Below, one piece after another: positions 12,498 through 24,349 of a stretch of 64,000 bases of DNA. A model generated the notes under the pieces. It made no database searches. It was not told where the DNA came from and worked only from the letters and a program-made list of their open reading frames with translations. The first letter of the stretch is position 1; each line of letters opens with the position of its first letter. This stretch comes from Chiloscyllium plagiosum (taxonomy: Eukaryota): NCBI RefSeq assembly GCF_004010195.1, contig NC_057751.1, positions 11,460,578 through 11,524,577 of the forward strand. Reading direction: 5' to 3'. A program made the position numbers and the translations under genes.

Positions 12498-13644
12498 GAG
12501 AACTTGTGAGCCGGAATGCTCTGGTGCAATCAATAGAACAAGGAAGCAGATTTGTGGCAGGGCGTGCAACTTCTGGATACCAAACCAGACTAACTGGCGG
12601 TCCCCTTGAAATGGTGAAGCCTCCTGAAGTGAGAGGGAGAGGGGGCAGCAGCCAGGAGTTGGAGCAGGTTGAAAGAGTGATGTATCAGCATTAAAGAACG
12701 AGGACTACAATTAGAGCAGAAAACAGCCTCTGAAAAATAGCAAGAAAGTTGGTATGTGGTAGTAGAGCTACAGCAGACCAACATAGATCAGTGGGGCAAA
12801 ACCATGGAGTTTGAGAGACCATGAGGGGAGAAAGATCTTCTAGATGTCTGTCAGATAAAGTCATGGGAAGTCACTTGTCAGAATTTCTGCAACTAAGCTC
12901 ATTATCCAGCTGATTGGAGATCAGGTGTTAAACTCTGCAACAATTGCCTGATGGATCTGCAATGGAAGGTGAAGGTTCATTGTAAATAGTTCATCCCTCT
13001 AAGATACACTTTTCTTGTCATATCTGTGAAGATTCTTTGCCAATGCAACCATGAATTCCTCTTTTATTACTTTGTGCAGTGTGTGTTTAAGCCAAAGCAT
13101 ATTACATGTATTCACCGATGGGTGTGGCTGCACTGTCTGACACTATCTGAAGAATTGCCACTGCACCTTTTTCAGGGAGCATTGTGCACCAAGGGAAATG
13201 AACAAGGAATCATGAAGGAGCCATTCTGCTTCACTCTCCAGCTGATGGCAGATGCATTCAAATCTATGGAAATGAGGCAAGAAGCTTATCTGGTCCATTT
13301 CCAGTCACATTCACCTTTGTAATCTGAGATGCAAATGATGTTTATTGCTCAAGCGGACCTTGAATGGCCAATCTGTGTGTGTTTCATGGCAGGGTAATCA
13401 TCTCTATGTGTATGTGTGCCCTTTCCATCTCTCTTTCTCTCTGCTCCTTTCAGAACCTCCTTGTTTGATTAAATGTAAGTGACGTGGTGTGAAACATAGT
13501 TTGATAATACTCCAGTGAAACACTTTGGTATGTTCGGATGCAGCAAGGATCAAAGGGTCCTTGGGGTGCAGGTACACCAGTCTCTTAAAGTAGTGGGACA
13601 GATTGATAAAGCAGTTAAGAAGTCATATGGGATAATTGGATTCT

Positions 13645-13960
13645 GCCATTGGCAAGCTTTCAGCTGCCTGGCCCTAAGCTAAGGAATTCACCCCTTCAAT
13701 GTCCCTACCTCTCCACCTAAGCACATTATGATTTATCTGTCTTTGCCTACTATGATCCACCTGTACTGCTCACAAATAAAACTTTTCACTGAACTTAAGT
13801 CCACATGATTATAATAAATCAAATCAAATCAAACTACTCTATGCTCCTCTGAGACATCACTTAATTCCAACATATTTGACTCCGCCTTTGGTCACCAGTC
13901 CCTAATGTATGGGTTGGTGTTTGATCATAATTCTGCCAGGAGTCTGTGCAGATATTAAGG
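13645..13960 (+). mobile_element. Decayed L2-like 3' region
   Basis: ccattgg..ctttcagctgcctggccctaagct..ggaattc resembles the L2 3' ORF end (AFS..GP.LWNSL). Confidence 0.45.
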
Positions 13961-14399
13961 GAGGTTTCACTGAACTGGAAAATCCTTGAGTCTGCATCCT
14001 TGAGTTATGCCACCTGGGGTGCTTCAGAGTTGGGACATCTCAAAACTGTAGCTGATCTTAAAATCTACAGTCTGCTGTGGACTTAACTAGCAGAATTGGT
14101 TTTCAGCCTCAACGTTAGAGATGGCAAGACAACATCAAAAAGGATAGTAATTGGCAGGTAAACATATATGACCTCATGTGATTGATAATACAAACTGACT
14201 GTACAGAAACACCAACTAATTAATGACCGAATGTCAAGTCTGGAACCTGTCAATGTTGTTCAATTCCGGTTGGAGGTTGGCTTTTGTCTACCAGCACCAG
14301 CCATCTTTGAAGCTCTTTGTCATTGCTGCCATAGAAATGCAGTTATGTTGTTGTTTTCTTTCCCCTCATTCGGATCTGTTGTTTCTCATGAAGCTGGGT

Positions 14400-14899
14400 A
14401 GCAGTGGGGTTTTTCAGGGTGCTGGGATTTCACCGCAGAGACAGGACCAGGGGGAGTGAACACACTGACAGACGCCACTCCCCCCCTCCCTCCTCCAGCC
14501 GCGATAGTACAATCTGAAGGGGGCGGATCTGCTCTTTGCTACCCAGCTGACTCGAGTTTGGCATTTCGATGTTGGAAACGGGGTATATTTTTTCCCCTTT
14601 GCTCTGGTGGGCACTGAATCCCGTCCTTTTTTTTTGAGAGGGGAGAGAATTGCTGGAGCCGAAAGATCAGATAAGGGCGGCAGTGAGCAGGAGCGAGAAG
14701 GAACTGCAAGTGCCGTGTAAAATTGCAAGGGGAGGCAGAGGAAGCTGATTTGATGTTTCACATGTAACCACATCCGTGATTTTAGCAGAAGACATTCAGT
14801 TACTCTCCCTGACAGACACACACGTCTCTCTTTTTTTAAAGTTTCCCTCCATTTTGTGACAAGCTACAGGATAATACATCAGCAAAGCGTTTGTTTCTG
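14400..14899 (+). promoter_or_regulatory. Putative TACC1 promoter / 5' UTR region
   Basis: Locally raised CpG content, GC boxes (GGGGCGGA ~14520, AAGGGCGG ~14673), free of recognisable TEs, immediately upstream of the ATG. TSS not determinable. Confidence 0.5.
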
Positions 14900-15024
14900 A
14901 TGGCTTTCAGTCCATGGCAGATCCTGTCCCCCATTCAGTGGGCCAAGTGGACATGGTCTGTGGTGAGACCAGGGCCAGGAGCTGAGGACAATGAAGGGGA
15001 AGACTCCAGCCCTGAAGAGAAAAG
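14900..15024 (+). CDS. TACC1: TACC1 first coding exon (transforming acidic coiled-coil protein 1)
   Basis: Hand translation from ATG 14900 gives MAFSPWQILSPIQWAKWTWSVVRPGPGAEDNEGEDSSPEEK(S), matching the recalled vertebrate TACC1 N-terminus MAFSPWQILSPVQWAKWTWS. Donor AG|gttaag at 15025, phase 2. Not present in the ORF track. Confidence 0.93.
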
Positions 15025-15218
15025 GTTAAGTTTCACACAAGTTGCTGTTTATTAAGCACCGAGAGGGCGAGTGTGTGCGTGAAGGTGGGGTGGGGGAGGC
15101 TTGCCGTGTTTTATTTTATTTTTTTACTGAGAAATGCGTCAGAGGGAATCGATGACAGTCGATTTCCCTCACCCCTCCCCAGTGCTCATTTTCCTCCCCC
15201 CTCTGTGTCTCCTCACAG

Positions 15219-15319
15219 TTCGGACTCCGAAGCGAATTTCGAGACGCCGGAGGGTGAGACACCTGTCCGAGACCAGCCGGAGATAGGTGAGGAAGGAAAG
15301 CCAGCGACACACCAGGCAG
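15219..15319 (+). CDS. TACC1: TACC1 coding exon 2 (SDSExxFETPE motif)
   Basis: Pyrimidine tract plus cag acceptor ending at 15218. Phase 2 joins exon 1 (AG+T=Ser) and encodes SSDSEANFETPEGETPVRDQPEIGEEGKPATHQA. Donor CAG|gtaagg at 15320, phase 1. SDSExxFETPE is the conserved TACC-family N-terminal motif. Confidence 0.93.
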
Positions 15320-15385
15320 GTAAGGAGACTCAGCCAGAAAAAGCTTTTCTCCTGTGCTATTTCTGGTGCTCGGAGGCAAGGTTGC

Positions 15386-15424
15386 GGGGGGGGGGGGGGG
15401 GGAGAGAGAGAGAGAGAGAGAGAG
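15386..15424 (+). repeat. G homopolymer plus (GA)n tract
   Basis: About 17 G followed by (ag)11, ~65 nt downstream of the exon 2 donor. Confidence 0.9.
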
Positions 15425-16097
15425 GTGGTGAGGAAGAGGCAGCAGTACATGTTATTGTCGTAGAACTTGACAGTGTGCCAGCTGCAGTTGGCCGGACTGT
15501 GCTTGCAGGTTTAACCGTTTTTGAGAGCAATGCGCTGAGTCCAACGTGCAGTATCGAATGGGGGAAACTGTGTTAATTCCTCTCTTCCTTGTTACACAAC
15601 AGAAATCTTCACAACCTTGCTTGATCCCTAACCCCCTCGCAGCCACGCCAACCCCCGAAGCCATTATTTTTCAGCAGAGATGCAAATGCCTTGGATCTTT
15701 TTTTAAAAAAATTGTTCCAGCCTGCCAGCGTTTATTTAGTGGAGATTACTAGTGAGTGCATTTGCAGCAAGGGTGTACACTGAAGATTTATCTCAGTGCT
15801 CAGGATTTACTGAAAAAATTCTGGGAATATTTTCAGAAAGTTGCACAAAATTCCGTTTTCCAACTGTGAATGAAAGGGAACCTTGAGCTTTCACGCTGCA
15901 GGTAGTTGGTTGCATTATGACAGCTTAAAATACCTGCGTTAGGATTTTGCATACTTTCCCTCACCACTCTCAGCATCACAAATAATTGCTTTTGATTGCT
16001 GCACAGTGTGATTTTACAGGAATGGTCATTCATCTCCAATATCAAGATCCTGATAAAAGTTTAGACAATTGTTTGGAAATATTTCCGATTTTCACCA

Positions 16098-16970
16098 ATG
16101 TGGATGTGAGCATAAGAGGTACAGTTAGTAAGTTTGCAGATGACCCCAACATTGGAGGTGTAGTGGACAGCGAAGAGGGTTACCTCAGATTACAACAGGG
16201 TCTTGATCAGATGGGCCAATGGGATGAGGAGTGGCAGATGGAGTTTAATTCAGATAAACGGGAGGTGCTGCATTTTGGGAAAGCAAATCAGAGCAAGACT
16301 TATACACTTAATGGTAAGGTCCCAGGGAATGTTGCTGAACAAAGAGACCTTGGAGTGCAAGTTCATAGCTCCTTGAAAGTGGAGTCACAGGTAGATAGGA
16401 TAGTGAAGAAGGCATTTGCTATGCTTTCCTTTATTGGTCAGAGTATTGAGTACAGGAGTTGGGAGGTCATGTTGCGGCTGGACAGGACATTGGTTGAGCC
16501 ACTGTTGGATTATTGCGTGCAATTCTGGTCTCCTTCCTATCGGAAACATATTGTGAATCTTGAAAGGGTTCAAAAAAAGATTTATAAGGATGTTGCCAGG
16601 GTTGGAGGATTTGAGCTATGGAGAGGTTGAATTGGCTGGGGCTGTTTTCCCTGGACTGCCAGAGGCTGGGGGTGAGGGAGTCCAGAACTAGAGGGCATAG
16701 GTTTTGGATGAGAGGAAGAAGATGTAAAAGAGACTTAAGAGGCAAACTTTTCAGGCTGGTGTGTGTATGGAATGAGCTGCCAGAGGAAGTGGTGGAGGCT
16801 GGTACAAATACAATATTTAAAAGGCATCTGGATGGGTATATGAATAGGAAGGGTTTGGAGCCACGTGCTGGCAGGTGGGACTAGATTGGGTTGGGATATC
16901 TGGTCAGCATGGATAGATTGGACCGAAGGGTCTGTTTACATGCTGTACATCTCAATGACTCTATGACTCT
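16098..16970 (+). mobile_element. CR1/HER1-type LINE, 5'-truncated
   Basis: SKFADD..WQMEFNSDK..LDYCVQFWSP..VWNELPEEVVEAG followed by a (gactctat)2 tail. Confidence 0.93.
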
Positions 16971-17019
16971 TTGTTGAGGTGTCATAGAAGGTGTTCACCA
17001 AGTCTTGGGTTGAGCTCAT

Positions 17020-18110
17020 GTATTGTCACAGACTGATACATCAAGAGAAAACAGAAAATCATTGTTAAGAGTATTTTTCAGGGCATTGGACTGATTTACC
17101 ACAAGGTTCAGTGTTCGGACCCTGCGTTTGAGTTAGTAAGATGGATGATCTGGATGAGGGGTGAAGGGTTGTTCATGTTTGTTGGTTGTCTCAAGTTAGG
17201 TGGGAAACTAAACTGTGAAGATGATGCAAATAGGATGTTAACATCACAACAAAGTGAGCAAGAACAGGGGCGATGTTTTCACAACGTATTGCAATGACCA
17301 GTTTTCAAAAAGTGGAATATTTTTAAACGGTGAGTCACTGGGAAATGTTGATCTTAAGAGAAACCTGGGTTCTCGCTTTGAGCTGGAGCAAACAAGTTGG
17401 GAGGTAATGACATAGAATTATAGAGATGTACAGCATGGATCAGACCTTTCAGTCCAATCCGTCCATGCCGACCAGATATTCTAAATTAATCCAGTCCCAT
17501 TTGCCAGCACTTGGCCCCACTTGGCCCATATCCCTCTAAATCTATCCAGATGCCTTTTAAAAGTTGTAACTGTACCAGCCTCCACCACATATTGGCCTTT
17601 ATTACAAAAGGTAAGTAGAGTAAAGAAGCCTTACTGCCAATGTACAGCACCTTAATGAGACTGTCACTCAAGTTCTGTGTCCAGCCTTGCCTCAGGATGG
17701 ACGCAGTTGCCTTCCATGCAGTGTGGGCAATGTTGACTGGAATGTTTTTGGAGATAAGGGAATTGTCCTGTGAGCAGAGATGATGAGTAACGATACACAT
17801 CCACTGCAATTAAAAAGCATGAAAGGCAAAGATTGTTATGGGGCTAGTCTGACGTACAAAATGCTGGAGTGAACTGTATCTCTGACCAGGGCGCCTCGAC
17901 AGCTGGACGTGAACTGAGGTGCAGAATTTTTTCACTCTGGGCATAGTGAATATTTGGAATTTTGTACTCCAGGAGGTTTGTGGATGCTAACTAGTTAAGC
18001 TCTGATTGATGGATTTTGGGGTAGGAGAAGAATTGTGATGTGGGGATAGTGCAGCGAAGCTCAGTTCAAGTGAATTGTGAGGCCAAATGGCAACTCCTAC
18101 TTGTTCTGCT
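17020..18110 (+). mobile_element. Old CR1 remnant split by a younger antisense CR1 tail (17412-17588)
   Basis: Decayed ccacaaggttcagtgttcggacc (PQGSVLGP-like) and later CR1 motifs. The inner piece tagagatgtacagcatgg..ccagcctccaccac matches the young CR1 3' end on the minus strand. Confidence 0.65.
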
Positions 18111-18452
18111 GTTATTTTGAAATGAATAATGCTCCTGGGGCATTAGCCATTGGTAATTTTGATGTTTTGAATGGCTAAATCCTTTTGGGTTAATAGGATT
18201 TAAGAGGCTTTATGATTTAAAGGGATGCCTAGTAGATTGGGCTTGATGACCTCCGTTCATATTAAAATGCCTGTTTCTTAATGGCTGCTTTACTGAATCA
18301 AATTCCTAATTTCAGCCCTATCATAGATAGTCCAGACAGGCTGTCTACAGTCTCAAATCAAACTCCAGAACCGTGTACAAGGCTCTGGCAACTTGTCTGA
18401 ATGGCATTATGGAGCTGGGGATAAATATTGGATCAGACCTGAGTTCTATCAG

Positions 18453-19025
18453 AGAGTCATATACCGTAGAAACAGACGCTTTGGTCCAGCCAATCCATGC
18501 AAACCATGTTCCCAATCTAAACTAGTCCCACGTGTCTGTTCCTGGTCCATATCCCTCCAAACATTTCTTATTTATGTACTTATCCAAATGTCTTTTAAAC
18601 ATTATAACTGAACCCACAGCCACCAGTTCCTCAGGTATTTCATTCCACATGTCAACCACCCTCTGTGTGTTTAAAAAAAATGCCACTCATGTCATTTTTA
18701 AATATCTCTCCTCTAACCTTAAAAAATGTATCACAGTGTTGAAATTCCCCATCGTAGAGAAAAGACACTGATATGTCGTTCTGCTATAACATGACAGTTG
18801 TGTTTCTATGCAACCTTGTGCTATAGGAAATTGCACTATGGAAAACTGCTATAGAAACTCACGCTGTGGAAGATCGCTAATAGAAAATCGCTATACTCCT
18901 TCAGTAAAAAGTTTGTGTTATCCAAACAATGTCTACAATTTGTCAATTGCATTGCAGCCAATTCGCAATGACATAGCGCGCATTATAGCAGAATGACCTG
19001 TACCATGAACTCTATATCCATGTCC
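18453..19025 (-). mobile_element. CR1 3' end interrupted by a MITE
   Basis: agagtcata..gaaacagac..tttggtcca tail; the host resumes after 19002. Confidence 0.75.
18772..19000. mobile_element. ~230-bp Tc1/mariner (Tigger/pogo-like) MITE
   Basis: Left tatgtcgttctgctataa versus reverse complement of the right end caggtcattctgctataa. TA at 19001-19002; left TA mutated. Internal repeated gctatagaaa motifs. Confidence 0.75.
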
Positions 19026-19892
19026 TTTGAATCCTCATGAAGGGACCCTGGTCTAATACCTCGACTGAAAGGTGGCAGTTTGGATGTGCAGCACTTTCAC
19101 AGCAGTGCACTGAAGGCTCCGATTTAATCGGATCTGTGGAGTTGGACTTGAACTCTGAATGTTGTGATTTAGGAACAAGTATGACTTTAAATTGATGTTT
19201 AGCTCAGAATTCTACTGGCAGCTGCTATGCTGTACATTCACGCATCTTTATATTCAGTGCAGAATATCATGTGCTCAGAGATAAATTTTAATGTTTGCTG
19301 GAAGTGGGTCAAGCAGTTGCTTTATTTTTACAATCTTATTTAGGCTGAAGTAGATAGTGAAACAGACACAACCTGAGCAAGATTCAGATATCAGATCCCT
19401 GGAGGGAGCATGGAGGAGTTGAGGACAAGTTTTGTGGGTGCAGAGAGATAATCACCTAAATCTGGCCAATGTGACCATCGATTGGATTCATATCTTTGAA
19501 TTATACCTCCCACTTGATCATCTGCCGACGTGGAAAGTAACACTCTGGGATGTGAATCTGATCCAGTGAATACCTTGCTTTGTTAGTTAACTAATGCTAT
19601 TTGAGGGGGTGGTGTGGTGTTTGTGGTTGTCTGATGAGGGACTGCAGCCTCTATCTAGTCCTTCCTGGTCATTGCTTGTCATTGAGCAGTGAGTTAGCAC
19701 ATTGTCAGGTGCGTGTTCCCTGACATCCATTGCTGACATTTACTGCCAACACTGATGACACCAGTGCTCATGTGGACACCTGCTCAATTTTATTGTTCAG
19801 CTTTAGGATGGGCCAGCAAATCCCATCTGGTTGAGCTGGTGTGATGGAAAATACAGGAGGAGACGAGGATCAGAGAATCCCTCCAGTGCCGA

Positions 19893-20430
19893 AGGAGACC
19901 ATTCAGCCCCTCGAATCTTCACCAACCCTGCAAAGCGCATCACATCCAGACCCACCTGCCCAACCTATTCTCATAACCCTTTCATGGGCTCTTTACCATG
20001 GCCAACACACGAATCTTTACATCTGTGGATAGAATCAGACCAATCCATCTAAACTGTATGTCTTTGGTTAAAAATAAAACAAACAGCTGCGGATGCCGGA
20101 AATCAGAAACAAAAACACAAATTGTTGAAAAAGATCAGCAGATCTTGGCAGCATGTGTGAAGAGAAATCAGAGTTAACATTTCGGGATAAGTGAGGAAGG
20201 GTCTCCAGATCCGAATTGTTAAGTCTCGTTTCTCTTCACGGATGCTGCCAGACCTGCTGAGCTTTTCCAGCAATTTCTGTTTTTGCTTCTGCCCGTCTTT
20301 GGACTGTGGGAGGAAACCTATGCAGACACAGGAAGAACATGCAAACTCTGCATGGACAAATTGCCCAAGGCTGCAATCAAATTCTGGTCCCTAATGCTGT
20401 GAGGCAGCAGTGCGTCAATGTGTCACCCTA
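19893..20430 (-). mobile_element. HE1-related SINE split by a fold-back Penelope insert
   Basis: gtctttggactgtgggaggaaacc..tgcaaactc..gctgtgaggcagcagtgc is the HE1 body and head on the minus strand. Confidence 0.75.
20068..20294. mobile_element. Inverted pair of Penelope termini (fold-back mini-element)
   Basis: Arm 20105-20185 is the reverse complement of arm 20211-20290 (~80 bp, imperfect); gtctttgg is repeated at 20060-20067 and 20295-20302. Confidence 0.8.
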
Positions 20431-21666
20431 TTGTTTCAATATTATTTTAATGATATCTGGACATCACTTGTAATGTCAGCATTTGTTGCCCAATCCCTAA
20501 TTGCCCTTAAGCTGAGTGGCTTGCTAGGACATTTAACAGGACAGTTGCTGTGGGGCTGGAGTTATATGGAGGTCAGAATAGATGAGAATGGCCACTTTCC
20601 TTCCAGACAGCATCAGTAGCAAGTGATAGACAGAGCCAAGTGATTCCACAGCCGACAGATAAGATTGAAGCTCTGCAGTCCTGCCACGTCCAGTCGTGAA
20701 TGGCCCTCACAACATTCCGGCAAATAGTACTGAAGTTCCCCTCCAAGTCACTCGCTATCCTGACTTGGAAATATGTAGCTGTTCCTTCACTGTCAGCGGG
20801 TCAACATCCTGTAATTCCCTCCTGAATGGTTTTGTGGGTTCAAGAAGGTAACTCGTGGGCACTTACAGACTGGCAATAAATGCTGACCCAGCCAGCCAGT
20901 GTCTCTCACATCCCACAAATGAACAAAAAGGTACAGTGAACCAGGTGAGTCTTTTCTGACATTTGATGGTAGTTTAATTCCTGATCCTCATTGTTAACAC
21001 ACTGACTTATAATTCTAGATTGTTTTAAATTTTAAAAAAGCTAAACCCACTTTCCACCCTGTCCCCAGAATAACCTCTGGATTACTTGTCCGGTGACATG
21101 ACCACCTGCTCTGGGGGGTTTTGTTCCCAAATCTAAAGCCTTTGTGAGTGCAAGTGCAAATGCTTCAATAGTATGCCTATTTTTTTCAAAAATATTGGAC
21201 TTCCTTCAATGTCAATCCTTCATCATGAAAGGAAAACATAGGCTTTGCTTTTGTGTGAGCTTTTCCCCAGTTCTGGACAAGTGCATACAAATGGAGAGCG
21301 AGGAACCTGGAGTTGTTAGTTTGTCACATTCCAAGTGAGAATGTTGCAGGATAAATCCTCGGTTCCCGAGACTTGTGTATTTGAGTGCACTTGTTTCCCT
21401 TGTGCCTCTTATTCCTGTTTTATTGAACACAAAGCCAGCTGTTTTTGGAATGTTGTTTCTCCTCACAGTCCCAATGCCTATTGCAGATTGTTGGCTGATA
21501 ATCTGTGTAATGAAAGGGGCACACTCACCTCTTGCAAAAAATGCTTAGTTTGTAAAAGGAGGAGAAGGAAGTGTTCCAACTGCTCCACTTCTTTGCATTT
21601 GGAATTTAAATTCTGTCACAATTTCTTGTCACTTATGTTTATGAAAATACTATGAGGTTTTTTTTC

Positions 21667-21738
21667 TTAGATTAGATTCCCTACAGTGTGGAAACAGGCC
21701 CTTTGGCCCAACAAGTCCACACCGACCCTCCGAAGAGG
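21667..21738 (-). mobile_element. HE1 SINE 3' tail fragment
   Basis: ttagattagattccctacagtgtggaaacaggcc..ggcccaacaagtccacaccgacc. Confidence 0.85.
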
Positions 21739-21879
21739 CCCCCGTGCTGCCTTCCCACCACTGCCCAGTGTGTGTAAGTCACCTCAATTTGGTGCTGTTT
21801 TAATTGCAGAAATGAAAAGAAATCCAAGGCCGTAAAGGAGTGAAAAATCTTTAGCTTGTGATCATGCTGCTGTAGGAAG

Positions 21880-21995
21880 AGAGTTTTGAAGAAGAATCAC
21901 TGAATCTGAAGCGTTAACTCTGCTTTCCTTCTGCAATGATGCTGCCAGTCCTGCTGAGTTTTTGTTTCCCCAGCAGCAATTTCTGATTTTGTTTG
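21880..21995 (+). mobile_element. Decayed Penelope terminus
   Basis: tgaagaag..tgaagcgttaactctg..gatgctgccagtcctgctgagttt, the same subfamily as 20190-20290. Confidence 0.65.
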
Positions 21996-22323
21996 GAAGA
22001 GAGCTTTGTTTCGGATCATCTGCTTTGGGATGTAACAGAAAATGTGACTCACTGGTGCTTGCTTTTTGTGGTGATACCACAAAAGATGATTCTGGAGTGT
22101 CTTGTGGCACCACAGTAAATGGAAGAATCTAAATATCAGCTCACAATTTCAAAAATTAACCTATGGGTGGGTGGGGTCACAGGGATACAGATTCAACCTG
22201 CCCCATGTTTCCTGTCACAGAGACCAAGGTTATGGAGGTGGGCCATTGTTTTCCACTTATTCTCTGCCATTTCCTAAGACCTTGTTATCACACTGCCCTG
22301 ACAATGCTGCTGATTGAGCATAA

Positions 22324-22945
22324 TTTAGAGATGCCAGTGTTGGACTGGGGTGTACAAAGTTAAAAATCACACAACACCAGGTTATAGTCCAACAGGTTTA
22401 ATTGGAAGCACACTAGCTTTCGGAGCGTCGCTCCTTCATCAGGTGATTGTGGAGGGCTCAGTCCTAACACCGAATTTATAGCAAAAATTTACAGTGTGAT
22501 GTAACTGAAATTATACATTGAAAAATTGATTGTCTGTTAAGCCTTTCATCTGTTAGAATACAGTGATAGTTTCACTTCTTTCATATGTAAATCACAAAAC
22601 CTTTTTTTAAAGTTGCACTCTCGGGTTAGCTGTTAACAATGGTGATAGCAAGACAATAAATTGAAGGCGTTGGCCCCCTGTGTTCTCTGTCTATGCCATG
22701 ATGTTTAGATTGATTCTAATTTTAAAAAGTGAGATAACAGAGTATTAAATAAATTCATGCAGTTTTTGACCTCCGAGTTCTACATGAATGCATGCAGTTT
22801 TTGACCAAAGTACAATGTAACTCTGCAAGTACAAATTCACCCCACAAAATATATGTGTGCATGTGGGTCTTTGTCTGTGTGTGTGTGTCTGTCTGTCTGG
22901 GGTGGGGGTTGTGAGTGTGAGAAAGTGTGTGTGTGTGTAGTGAAT
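22324..22945 (-). mobile_element. Young Penelope-like element 3' end (second family) with intact hammerhead and CA-rich tract
   Basis: Minus strand cacctgatgaaggagcgacgctccgaaagctagtgtgcttccaattaaacctgttggactataacctggtgttgtg; (TG)-rich run at 22850-22940. Confidence 0.75.
22411..22445 (-). ncRNA. Minimal type I hammerhead ribozyme motif
   Basis: CAC-CUGAUGA-A-GGAGC(GAC)GCUCC-GAAAGCUA-GUG: stem I CAC/GUG, 5-bp stem II, palindromic AGCU in place of stem III, predicted cleavage after CUA. Confidence 0.75.
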
Positions 22946-23064
22946 GCAGAATGTCTTACGTCTGTGATTGAGCATGGATGCATGCAAATGAGGGTAAAAT
23001 CAGGCCAATTACAGTCCCAAACATCATCCTCTTATGTTACAAATAGCAAACGCAGATTCCTACA

Positions 23065-23402
23065 ATTAGATTCGATTACTTACAGTGTGGAAACAGGCCC
23101 TTCGACCCAACAAGTCCACACCGACCCTTCAAAGGGCAACCCACCCAGACCCATTCCCCACCAGACCCATTCCCCTACATTTACCCCTTCACCTAACACT
23201 ACGGGCAATTTAGCATGGCCAGTTCACCTAACCTGCACATTTTTTGAACTGTGGGAGGAAACCGGAGCACCCAGAGGAAACCCATGCAGAACACTGGGAG
23301 AATGTGCAAACTCCACACAGACAGTTGCCTGAGGTGGGAATTGAACCCAGGTCTCTGAAACTGTGAGGCAGCAGTGCTAACCACTGAGTCATCATGCCGC
23401 CC
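23065..23402 (-). mobile_element. HE1-type SINE, full length
   Basis: Reverse complement of the 11058 copy including A/B boxes and (attag) tail. Confidence 0.9.
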
Positions 23403-24349
23403 ATGGCATTACCATCAGTTAGTCCCCTTTTTAAAAATGTACTCTGAAAAGTGCATGTCCTTAAGGTATATCCGATTACTAGCCTTTGGGAGAGTATTTA
23501 TGATGGGTGTACCTTTTGATGTAAAATTTTTGCTTCTATTTTGAAATACGTTTGGGTTTTGCATGTGGTTCTGGTTAGTTAAGGCTGACTCACAGAGGAT
23601 TCCTGAGTTTAGTTGCTGACCTGTCGTGAGAAAGCTGGCATAGTGGGATGTGGTATTGTCGTGGAACTGATGACTCGCAAGCTAGTTTGAGAGCTGAGGA
23701 AGGGGAATAAATGTTGGAAAAAAAATTAACTCGGGGGTCCCCAGAATTTTTGGCAATGTCAGGAACAGGATGGGTGTCAGTATGAACATAGGATTTAACC
23801 AGCATTGCCTCTGAAATTTCCTGACGCTCGGTACTTAAAAGTGAAGCGAACAGTGGCAATTTATACCAAACTGTAGCTGGCAAGGAGCTGGCTGTTAGAG
23901 GGCAGAAGCAGAACCAATTGCAGATGGTAGTGAAGAGGTTAATTGACCCCGTGCGCCAAACAAAGATGTTATACAGGATGCAGCAATTTACTGGGATTGT
24001 GACAAAGGTCAGCCGGGTGGAAGTCTAAACCACAACACAATGCTATAATTTTCTTGCCATAACCCATGTTCAAAGTATGGATAAAAATAGTTGATCCACC
24101 GGAACGCACCATGAACTCTCATGAGGAACAAAATGTTTGTTATGGGCTGGTGCGAACTACTTCAAGGGACATAAAACATTTTGTCTGGTTTTTGTGGGGG
24201 TGGCAGAAAGTCATGTGTCATCCTCCTTCTGTTGGAATGAACTGTTTGTTACAGAGTGGATGCATTTCATTGTGATTCACAGATCATAGTTTTGTAAATA
24301 AGTACTTCTCCACACAAGTAAATGGTTCAAAATTCAGAACTATACATCA

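Noticed and set aside
15222..15252. SDSEANFETPE as an FFAT (VAP-binding) motif
   Set aside because: Acidic flank fits, but the key aromatic at core position 2 is missing; no support from sequence alone.
15073..15576. 167-aa ORF as a single-exon gene
   Set aside because: Only 15219-15319 is TACC1-like and is bounded by splice sites; the rest is intron read-through including the G/GA repeat.
18772..19000. CRISPR-like or regularly spaced repeat array
   Set aside because: Short irregular motifs inside a TIR-bounded MITE in vertebrate DNA; no constant repeat-spacer period.
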